64,000 nucleotides of DNA from the NCBI GenBank assembly GCA_047602405.1, contig JASGHJ010000002.1, positions 1,408,001-1,472,000 of the forward strand. The letters run 5' to 3'. The stretch's first letter is position 1, and each line of letters begins with the position of its first letter. The position numbers were made by a program, and so were the translations under genes. Origin of the DNA: Anaeromyxobacteraceae bacterium (GTDB taxonomy: Bacteria; Myxococcota; Myxococcia; Myxococcales; Anaeromyxobacteraceae). Shown in pieces: positions 19,561 through 29,884 of the stretch. The notes beneath the pieces were generated by a model that was not told where the DNA came from, did not search any database, and was given only the letters and a program-made list of their open reading frames with translations.

Positions 19561-19685
19561 GCGGACGTCCTTTCGTTGCCCGGGCGGTCCACCCGCACGG
19601 ACGGCGGAACCCTAGGGGAGCTCCGGGTGGACCGCAGCAGGGGAGATCCGGACCCTCTGCGGGCTGCCCCGGGCGTGGCGCCGGA

Positions 19686-20228
19686 TCAGGGGCTGCGCGC
19701 CGCCACCGCGAGCGCCGCGACGAAGTCGCGGAGCGCCCCGGCACCCTCACCATCCGAATACGCCGCGAGCGGCTCGTCCTCGAGGGCGAGCGCCTCGAGG
19801 GCGTACGCGAGCTGGTCCTCGCGCAGGGCGAGCACCACGAGGGGTGCGGCGTGCAGCGCCTGCGCGATCGCGGCGCGGTTCCCGCCGCCGCCCAGCTCGA
19901 GCTTGCCGAGCCCGTCCACCACCAGCACCGCGGCGTCGCGTGCGGCCGCCTCGACCCAGGTGCGGACCTCGGCGAGCGCGGCGGGATCGAACGCGAGCGC
20001 GCACGAGCCGCCCGCCTCCGCAGGCTGCGCGGTGCTCTCCGCGAGCGTGATCCGACGCCCGTCCTCCAGGCGCTCGGCGAGCACCGTCTTGTGGCCGCGC
20101 TCGTCCTCGAGCGTGCGCTGCGTGAAGCCGCCGACGCGCAGCCCCGCCGCGGCGAGCGCCGCCGCGGCCTCCCGCGCGGCGGCCGACCGCCTGCCGCCCT
20201 TGCCCCCGATGACGAGCGCGTAGCCCAT
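19686..20228 (-). CDS. DUF2478/NTPase-like protein
   Basis: GLRVGGFTQ, C.LAFDP.AL, LVVDGLGKLELGGGG. Confidence 0.65.
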   Translation of the reverse strand: MGYALVIGGKGGRRSAAAREAAAALAAAGLRVGGFTQRTLEDERGHKTVLAERLEDGRRITLAESTAQPAEAGGSCALAFDPAALAEVRTWVEAAARDAAVLVVDGLGKLELGGGGNRAAIAQALHAAPLVVLALREDQLAYALEALALEDEPLAAYSDGEGAGALRDFVAALAVAARSP

Positions 20229-20253
20229 GGCGGAGAGGTTACACTACGGGCCC

Positions 20254-20853
20254 GTGGACCCCGTCACCACCCTCGTCCAGTCCCTCGGCCTCGCCTACGC
20301 GAGCGGCATCTCCCTCTATGCCACCGCGGCCTTCGCGGGGCTCGCCTCGCACCTCGGCTGGGTCGGCCCGCTCCCGGGGGCGCTCGGCTTCCTCGCGCAG
20401 CCCTGGTGCTTCGGCCTGTGCGGCGCCATCGCGCTCGTCGAGGCGGTCGCGCTCCTCGTCCCGGGCCTCGCGACCGCCTGGGAGGCGGTCCACACGGCCG
20501 TGAAGCCCTTCGCCGCGGCGGCGATGGCGGTGCTCGCGGCGTGGGGTGATCCGAAGGTGGCGGTCGTCGCCGGAATCCTCGGCGGCGCACTCGGGCTCGC
20601 CACCCACGCGACCAAGCTCGGCGTCCGCGCCGCCGTCGACACGTCCCCCGAGCCCGTGACCAACGCGGCCGCCACCGGGGCGGAGCTCTCCGTGGTGGCG
20701 GCGCTGGGCTGGGCGGTGTTCACGCACCCGTGGATCGCGCTGGCCGCCGCGCTCCTGCTGCTCGCCGCGCTGTTCCTCGCCGTGCGGGCGCTCTGGCGCC
20801 TGATCGGCCGGGCGCTCCGGCGCCTCTTCCTGCCTGCGGCTCCCGCTGCCTGA
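20254..20853 (+). CDS. DUF4126 family membrane protein
   Basis: GLAYASGISLYAT, VPGL..AW..VHT.VKP, H.TK.GVRA.V.TSPEP.TN. Confidence 0.85.
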   Translation: MDPVTTLVQSLGLAYASGISLYATAAFAGLASHLGWVGPLPGALGFLAQPWCFGLCGAIALVEAVALLVPGLATAWEAVHTAVKPFAAAAMAVLAAWGDPKVAVVAGILGGALGLATHATKLGVRAAVDTSPEPVTNAAATGAELSVVAALGWAVFTHPWIALAAALLLLAALFLAVRALWRLIGRALRRLFLPAAPAA

Positions 20854-20939
20854 GCGCCCCGGACCGCGCTGGGCCGGCCGCTCGAGGCGCCCGGGAGGCG
20901 GCCGCCGTGGCGCCGTCCCCCCGGGCTTCGCCCGGACGC

Positions 20940-21305
20940 CTACGCCGCGCGCTTCGCGAGCAGGTCGCGGATCTCCGAGAGGAGCTTCTGGTCCGGGGTC
21001 GGGCCCACGGGCGGCGACGGGGCCTCGGCCTTCCTGAGCCGGTTCATCGGGGTGACGATGAAGAAGTAGACGCCGATGGACACGAGCAAGAAGCTCACGA
21101 CGGCGTTCAGGAACTTGCCGATCATGATTGAGCCGAGCGCGATGCCCGAGAAGTCCGGCTTGCCGAAGAGCATGCCGAGGAAGGGCGTGATCACGTCGGC
21201 GACGAGCGACGCGACGATGCCGCCGAAGGCACCGCCCATGATGACACCGACCGCCAGGTCGACCACGTTGCCGCGCGCGATGAAGTCCTTGAAGCCCTTG
21301 AGCAT
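20940..21305 (-). CDS. mscL: Large-conductance mechanosensitive channel
   Basis: MLKGFKDFIARGNVVDLAVGVIMGGAF...LLSEIRDLL. Confidence 0.97.
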   Translation of the reverse strand: MLKGFKDFIARGNVVDLAVGVIMGGAFGGIVASLVADVITPFLGMLFGKPDFSGIALGSIMIGKFLNAVVSFLLVSIGVYFFIVTPMNRLRKAEAPSPPVGPTPDQKLLSEIRDLLAKRAA

Positions 21306-21481
21306 GTGCATTCTCCCCTGGTGAAGGCGCGGCCTCCGGGCCGACGCCCGTCGCCCCGGGTATGCCCGACCTTCTCCGTTCGAGTAACCGGGGAAGACCT
21401 TATATCCGGTCGGGGCGCGCGTTCGGGGCAGCCCGAACGACCGCCGGGCGCGCCTGCCGGCTTGACCGAGGGTGCTGCGAC

Positions 21482-24400
21482 TCAGGGCGCAAGGGCCGGA
21501 TCGGCCCCGAGCGTGCCGGCGAGCGCTTCGAGGTAGCCGGGCGCCGCCGCCCGGGCGAGCTGCGCGCGCGCGGCGGCGCGCCGCTGCTCGAGGTCCCAGG
21601 GCCCCTCGCCGGGCTTCAGCGCCTCCACCGCGCCGAGGAGGCGGCGGAAGAGCGCCACGTCCCGGCGCTGCTTCTCCGCGAGCCGCTCGCGGTACCACGC
21701 GCTCGAGAGCACCGCCTCGCGGCCGAACATCGCCCGGAGCGCGGGATCTCCGAGGCCGCGGCCCTGGTGGTGGCCGTGGGCCATGACGTCGAACAGCGCG
21801 CGGAGCGGCGGTGCGGCGGCCTCCGCGCTGCCGTCCGCGAGGTAGCCGAGCGCGACCCGCCGCTGGGCCTCGACGATCGCGTCCACGCCGGCGGCGAACG
21901 CGGCCGGATCCTGCAGCTCGGGCCGGAGCATGGCCTCGGTGAAGACGCGGTCGGGGGTCTCGAAGAGCCGCCCGAGGAAGCGCTCGACGAAGCGCGCGGT
22001 GATGCGCCACCCGAGGCGGCTCGCCAGCACGGTCCGGCCGTCGAGCGCGAGGTCGGGGACCCGCTCCAGGCAGCCGCTCGCGACGAGGGACGCGGGGTCG
22101 CGCTCGTCGGGGCGCATGCGGCACCAGACCTCCGGCACGAGCATCGAGAGGTCGTGGTCGACGCGGAAGTGCGGCCCGACGTGTCCGGCCGCCGTCGAGA
22201 AGCCCGCCTGACCGGTGAGGGCGAACGAGACGAGCGCGGCGTTGAGGTCGTGCACCGCGAGGAGCGCGTTGAAGGGCCCCTTCGTGAGCGCGCCCTCCGA
22301 GCCGAAGCCGGTGGTGGACGGCGACTTCCCGGTCAGGCTGCTCGCGAGGTCCATCAGGAGCTCGGGCAGCTCCTGCCAGTGGATCGGGCCGTAGACCGCG
22401 AGCGGAGGGACGCCGGGCGAGGGCGGGTTGTTCCGGCGCCCCGCGAGCACGGCGTCGACGGGCGTGAGCAGCGGCCGATCCGCGGGGACGCGCCGGTGGA
22501 GCCGCGCGGCGACCTCGCCGGCGCGCGTGTCGCGGGAGGCGGCCACGTCCGGGCGGCGCTGCAGGTACCGCGGGTTCTTCGAGGGCTGGCCGTCGACGAG
22601 CCGAGGGTGGGCGGAGGAGAGCACCCAGGCCGCCCGCGGGCGCTCGACGAAGCCCCGGAGCACCTCCTTCATGGGCTCGGTGAGGGGGTCGAAGCGCACG
22701 ACGTGCTCGACGATCCGCCGGGCGGCGTCGCGCGAGAGCGGCTCGAAGTTCGAGGCGAAGAGCCCCGGGCCGGCGAGGTCGGCCTCGGCCTGGGCGTCGA
22801 CCCCGGGCTGGATCGCGTCGTCGGGGCGCTGGAAGAGCCAGGCCTCGCAGTTCGCGACGAGCTTCACGCTGCCCTCGCCGGGCCCGTCGCCCGGCGCCGC
22901 GGCGCGCGCCCGGGGCAGCACCACCGAGGCGGTGATGTCGTCCTCCACCTGGATCTTCTCGGCCGGGCTGAAGTCCGGCCGGAGCTTGAACACCCGCCAG
23001 GAGCCGTCGTCCGGCTCGAAGCCGACGCGCAGGTAGTTCGCGACGAGGCGCACCCCGTCGAACTTGAGCTCGTGGCCCGGGTACCCGTTGATGCGGTCGA
23101 CGCCGAAGCGCTCGCGCCACGCGTCGCCCCACTCCGGACGGTGGTGGCGCTTCAGCGTGAACACGAGCTGCCGGACGGTCTGGGAGAGGCCGGTCACGAA
23201 CGCGTTGTGCGCGTCGGTGTAGTCCGGCGACGGCGTGAAGAGCTCGGATCACCGAGCCGAGCGACCGCTCCGGCGAGAGGATCGGCCGGCGCGAGCGCGC
23301 GTCCGGCGCGCGATCGCGGAACACGTCGGCGTAGTCGCGCCGCACGATCGCCTCGACCGCGTCGAGGTCGCGCTGGATCTCCTTCACGAACACCGGCGCG
23401 CGCTGCAGCATCGGCTGGAGCGACTTCGAGATCTCCGACTTGCCGCCGCCCGACACCGTGGCCGGCTTGTGGCAGAGCACACCCTCGGGCCGGGTGCCGA
23501 CGAGCCGCCAGGAGGTGCCGCCCGGCTGCCGCTCGAGCCGGATCCGGAACCCGGAGGGCTGCACGTAGACGCCGTCTGCGCGGAGGGGCAGGGTCACCGG
23601 CCGGCCCGCGTGCGTCCAGGCGACCGTGCCGGCGCGGACGTCGAAGGCGGCGTCCTCCGGGACGTAGCGGAGGGTCGGCTCGTCGCGGTCGGCCGCCCAG
23701 CGGTCCGGGTGGACCTCCGCGCGATCGCCGAGGAGCGCCACTGCGTCCTCGAAGGTCGCGCGGCCGCTCCGGAACGAGGGGTCGGCCTCGTAGTGGACGC
23801 CGAGCACCGAGGAGGGGAAGGCGATCGCGCCGCCCGCGTGCTCCTCCTCGCACCCGCCCCACAGGTTGGCCGCGTAGGAGAGCTGGGTCTTCACCTCCTT
23901 CTTGCAGTAGCCGAAGTAGTTGTCGGCGATGATCGTGACGATCACGCCGCGGGCGTCGCGGGCGGTGACCTTGAACGCGCGGCCGCCGTTGTAGAGGTCG
24001 CCCTCCCGGCTCCAGCACATCCCGTCCCGGCGCTGCCGCCCGGTCGCCTCGCGCTCGTGGGGCAGCCCGAGGTCCCGCGCGCGGAGCCCCACGAGGTGGG
24101 GCGCGAGGATCACGCAGCCGGTGTGGCCGCTCCAGCCGGAGACGTCGAGCGCGGCGTCGTGCTCGGGGAGGAACGGGTCGCCCGCGTTGCCGAAGATGGT
24201 CTCGACGAAGTCGAGGTTCGCCACCAGGCTGCCGGGGGCGAGGAAGCGCACCTCCATCGAGCGCGCGGGCGCGCCGTCGGTGGCCGGGCAGACGACCGGC
24301 CGCAGGAGGAGCGAGGCCCACACCCGGGCCGGATCGGCGCTCGCCCCGGTGAAGGGGAGGGCGAGCACGCCGCCCGGCGGGTGGAGCGCGGCGTCGAGGA

Positions 24401-24896
24401 GCGCGGCGAACGTGCGGCGCGGCACCTCGAGCTTGTCGGCGGGGACGGGCAGCCCGCCGTCGGCGACGTGGAAGACGCCCTGCGTGGTGCGCCGGTCGGC
24501 GGCCGGGTTGTGGAGCACGCCCTGCTGCAGCCGGAAGCTCTGGAGGTAGGGCGAGGCGTGGTGGTCGTGCCCGGGCGGCAGGGAGAGCACGCGGGCGAGC
24601 CCCGGCCGGTCGAGCGAGAGGGTCCGGCCCGGCAGGCGCGGCACGCCGCCGGGCAGGCCGCCGAGGTAGGCGTCCAGGAAGGCCTGGATCCGGCCATCGA
24701 CGGGCGGGAGCGGCCAGCCGAGGAGCCGATCCTTCTCGAGCTGGCTGCGCAGGAGCGGGCCCGCCAGCTCGAGCAGCGGGCGCCCGGCGGGCGACGGGCC
24801 GGCCGGCTCGCCGATCGCCGCGAGCTTGAGCTCCGCGTAGCGGACGAGGTCGCCGGGTCCGGGCGCGGTGGAGGGGAGGCCGGTCTCTTCGAGCAT
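21482..24896 (-). CDS. PPi-dependent phosphoenolpyruvate carboxykinase (~1140 aa; apparent +1 indel near 23246)
   Basis: GVLHNP..DRRTT.GVFH, ADNYFGYCKKEVKTQ.SY.ANL, EEEHAGGA, CHKP.TVSGGGKSEISK, TGKSPSTTG.GSEGALTKGPFN, recognised from the Entamoeba/Propionibacterium PPi-PEPCK family. Confidence 0.8.
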
Positions 24897-25107
24897 GCCG
24901 TCTCGATAACACGCGGCCGGGGCCCTTCAGCGCGGACGCGTGGACGCGCACCACGGGCGCGGCTTCATGGTTCTACGGGCTTCGCCGGGAACCGGAGCGG
25001 CCACGCGAGCGCGCGCCGCTGCGACTGCGGGTGAATGCGGCCCCGCCGGGGGCGGCCCCCCTCACGGGCCGCTTGCCGGGCCGTGGCGCAGGCGGTACCG
25101 GGAGTCC

Positions 25108-25413
25108 ATGGTGACCTACGAGGTGACGGCGGCGGTGCGGGCGGACCTCTGCGAGGCGTACGAGCAGTACATGCGGGAGCGGCACGTCCCGGACCTCCTC
25201 GCGACCGGGGTCTTCGCCGGCGCCACCTTCGGGCGCTCCGCGCCCGGGCGGTACCGCACCCGCTACGAGGCCCGCACCCGCGCGGATCTCGATCGCTACC
25301 TCGCGGAGCACGCCGCGCGGCTGCGCCACCACGTGAAGGAGCTCTTCCCGGAGGGCATCGAGCTGTCCCGCGAGGAGTGGGACGTGCTCGGCCACTGGCC
25401 CGTCGCGGGCTGA
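25108..25413 (+). CDS. DUF4286 family protein
   Basis: MVTYEVT, YMRERHVPDLLATG.F, LDRYLAEHAARLR; GGAG RBS. Confidence 0.75.
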   Translation: MVTYEVTAAVRADLCEAYEQYMRERHVPDLLATGVFAGATFGRSAPGRYRTRYEARTRADLDRYLAEHAARLRHHVKELFPEGIELSREEWDVLGHWPVAG

Positions 25414-25473
25414 CGCCGCCCGGGGCGGTGCCGGTGTCGCAGGCCGTCCGCACGGTAGGTGCGGGGGTGGGGG

Positions 25474-26241
25474 ATGGGGAAGCTCTTCGTCGTCGCCGCG
25501 GCCGCGGCGATCGCGGGCTGCACGTCGGTGCGGCTCGTCCAGCGCGACGGGTGCTGGATCCAGCAGACCACGCGGGCCGGCGCGGTCCACGAGACGCTCG
25601 GCCCGTGCGCGCCGCCGGCGACGGCCTGGTCGGAGGATCGCCCGACCCGGCTCGTGCAGGAGTGCGGCGCCCGCGCGGAGCAGCGCTGGCGGGCGCGCGC
25701 CGCGGCGGCCTTCCAGCGAGGCGCGCCGCCGCCCGAGGGCGACGAGGCGCTCGAGGGGTGCATCACGGAGGCGTCCCGGATCGCCGGGGGTGAGGTGGAG
25801 GACCTGCGCCGCCGGCTCGCGCAGGCCGAGGCGGACCGGGACGCCCACCGGAACCGCGCCGAGCACGAGCACGCCGCGCGCGAGGAGGCCGACCGCCAGG
25901 AGCGCGAGGCGCTCCAGGCCGGCTCGGCCAAGCTCGCGGACTGGCTGGGCCAGGCCGCGGTGAAGGCCTCGCCGCCCGCGACCGCGACCGCGCTCTCGCT
26001 CTCCGACGGCCGCGCGCTCTCGGCCTCGCAGGAGGATCCGCCGGCGCTCGCGTCCGAGGGCTGGCCGGAGCTCGCGCCGCCCGCGGGCACCGCGGCGGTG
26101 AAGGCGCGGGTGAAGCTCCCGCTGCGGCCCCGGGCGGCCACGCCGCCACCCGCGTGCGAGGCCGCGCCCGCGAAGGACGCCGCCCCCGTGAAGGAGGCCG
26201 CCCCGGCGCCCGCGGCCGCGACGCCGGCCCGCGCGCGGTGA
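25474..26241 (+). CDS. Hypothetical lipoprotein with four further Cys and a coiled coil
   Basis: Lipobox IAGC; typical GC3 bias. Confidence 0.65.
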   Translation: MGKLFVVAAAAAIAGCTSVRLVQRDGCWIQQTTRAGAVHETLGPCAPPATAWSEDRPTRLVQECGARAEQRWRARAAAAFQRGAPPPEGDEALEGCITEASRIAGGEVEDLRRRLAQAEADRDAHRNRAEHEHAAREEADRQEREALQAGSAKLADWLGQAAVKASPPATATALSLSDGRALSASQEDPPALASEGWPELAPPAGTAAVKARVKLPLRPRAATPPPACEAAPAKDAAPVKEAAPAPAAATPARAR

Positions 26242-26305
26242 CGGCGGCACGGCGGATGCTGCGGGAGAGGAGGTCCTCCCGCAGCACCACCGCCGGAACG
26301 CTCGC

Positions 26306-26609
26306 ATGAACGCCTTCACCCACGGTCCGCTCGCACTCCTCGCCACAGCGGCCCTCGCCGCCTGCGGCAAGCCGTCCTCCGTCGAGGAGCGCGCCGCGCG
26401 GGCCTGCCGTACCTACGCGTCCACCTACCTCGTCGATCCGGTCTCGGCCGAGTTCTCGGAGGTCGAGGTCCGGCACGGGAGCGGTAGATCGTACTGGGAC
26501 GTGCACTTCGTGGTGCACGGCAAGGATCAGGTGGGCGGGGAGCACCGCGAGCGCGCGATGTGCCGGCTCGAGGACGATCTCGACCTCATCGAGAATCGTG
26601 AGCGATTGA
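26306..26609 (+). CDS. Small hypothetical lipoprotein (true end probably TGA 26607-26609 after a GAATC indel)
   Basis: Lipobox LAAC; removing one A at ~26594 gives ...DLIEIVSD* and avoids a long overlap with the opposite-strand gene. Confidence 0.55.
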
Positions 26610-26669
26610 GCGGGCGCGGGGCCCGGGGCCGCGCGGGCCCCGGGTGCGCGCGGCCCCTCACCCGCGGTG

Positions 26670-27486
26670 CTACCTCGGCGCGGCCGCCGTCGGCGGCGCC
26701 TCGCCCGCGGGGGCGAGCAGGATCTCGATGCGCCGGTTCTGCGAGCGCCCCTCGGCCGAGTCGTTCGGCGCGATGGGCCGGTACTCGCCGTAGCCCGCGG
26801 CCGCGAGCCGGGCGGGGTCGAGCCCCTGGGCCTGGAGGAAGCGGACCACCGCCAGCGCACGCGCGGTCGAGAGCTCCCAGTTCGTGGGGAAGGCGCCGCC
26901 GACCGGCACGTTGTCGGTGTGGCCCTCGACGCGGATCACCTTGCCGTCGATGCCCTTCAGCACGCCGGCCACGGCGGCGAGGGCCTCCTGGCCCTCCCGG
27001 CCGACCTTCGCGGAGCCGGAGGAGAAGAGGATCTTGTCCTTCAGCTTGACCGTCATGCGGCCGCGGAGCTCGGTGAGCTCGACGCGGCCCAGGTCGATCT
27101 GGCTCTTCAGCGCGCCGGCCATCTTCTCGTACTCGGAGCTCTTCTGCTCGAGGGCCGCGCTCTTCTGCTCGAGCTCGGCGCTCTTCTGCCTGCAGGCCCG
27201 CGAGCTCGGCCTGCTTCTGCTCGAGCGCGGAGCGGGTGGTGGTGAGCACGGTCTCGTAGTTCGAGAGGCGCTTCTGGAGATCGGCCGCCTCGGCGGTCTT
27301 CGCCGCGAGGGAGGCCTCGAGGCCCGCCTTCTCCACGGCGGCCTTCTCCCCGGCCGCCTTCGCGGCGACCTGCGTGGCGGTGAGGTCCTCGGCGAGCTTC
27401 TTCGCCTCGGCCTCCTTCTTCTCGAAGGTGCCGGTGGAGACGCAGGCGGTGAGGAGGGCGAGCGGCAGGGCCAGGGTGAGACGCAT
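26670..27486 (-). CDS. OmpA/MotB C-terminal domain lipoprotein with coiled coil (apparent indel near 27190)
   Basis: Lipobox LTAC; ILFSSGSA, VEGHTDNVP, NWELSTARA, GYGEYRP..N...GRSQNRRIEI. Confidence 0.88.
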
Positions 27487-27548
27487 GGTGTGACCTCCGA
27501 TCGTGCGGGGAAAGAGGAGCGTACCAGATGCGTGGCCCGGCGGGACGC

Positions 27549-29127
<1,579 letters not shown>

Positions 29128-29227
29128 GCCGCGGTGGGATACCCAAATCGCGGTGCCCACCGCAACGAACCTTGGGTGCGCTCATGGGGTGCTCCTGGAA
29201 AAGCCCGAGATGTTGGCAGGTTGAGGC

Positions 29228-29244
29228 TTGGCCGGTGAATTGCT
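29228..29244 (+). promoter_or_regulatory. Sigma54 -24/-12 promoter of the hemerythrin-qNor operon
   Basis: TTGGCCGGTGAATTGCT = GG-N10-GC with TTGC. Confidence 0.75.
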
Positions 29245-29257
29245 CTGCAGCCGGCGC

Positions 29258-29827
29258 ATGGAAGCGATCGAGACCCTGATGAACGAGCACCGCGTGATCG
29301 AGGGCGTCCTGGACGCGCTCGTCGCGTTCGTGGACGACGCCGGTCGCCGCGCCGCCACCGACAAGGCCGGCCTCGCGCGGTTCTGCACCTTCCTGCGCGA
29401 GTTCGCGGACGGCCAGCACCACGCGAAGGAGGAGGACGTCCTCTTCGCCGAGATGGTGCGCCACGGCTTCCCGGAGCGCGCCGGCCCGGTCGCGGTGATG
29501 CGCGACGAGCACGAGCGGGGCCGGGCGCTCGTCCGCCGGCTCTCCGCCGCGGCGGAGCTCCCCGGCGCCTGGGACGACGGCGACCGCGAGGCGATCGCCG
29601 AGGCCGCGCACGCCTTCGCCCACCTGCTCCGCGCCCACATCCAGAAGGAGGACGGCGTGCTCTACCCGCTCGCCGAGCAGCACCTCCCGGCCGCCGCGCT
29701 CGCCGGCGTGGACGCGGCCTGCGCCGCCGCCGACGCCGCCCGCGGCGACGGCCCCGCCCGCCTCCTCGCCCTCGCCGACGAGCTCTGCGCGCTCGCCGCC
29801 CCCTCCGCAGCCCGCCCCACCGCCTGA
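29258..29827 (+). CDS. Hemerythrin-domain protein (NorA/Ric-like role suspected)
   Basis: EHR, HHAKEEDVLF, EHERGR, HIQKEDGVLY di-iron motifs. Confidence 0.88.
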   Translation: MEAIETLMNEHRVIEGVLDALVAFVDDAGRRAATDKAGLARFCTFLREFADGQHHAKEEDVLFAEMVRHGFPERAGPVAVMRDEHERGRALVRRLSAAAELPGAWDDGDREAIAEAAHAFAHLLRAHIQKEDGVLYPLAEQHLPAAALAGVDAACAAADAARGDGPARLLALADELCALAAPSAARPTA

Positions 29828-29884
29828 TCCGGTTTTCCACGGCAGCTCAAGAGCCACCGCAGCCCGAAGAAGGAGAAGTCGACC

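Noticed and set aside
20940..24896. PEPCK-MscL fusion (1318-aa ORF)
   Set aside because: Product of the indel at ~23246; the true PEPCK C-terminus ends at 21482 and mscL has its own RBS and start
26670..27486. Flagellar stator MotB
   Set aside because: Has a lipobox instead of the TM helix with the conserved Asp, and no adjacent motA
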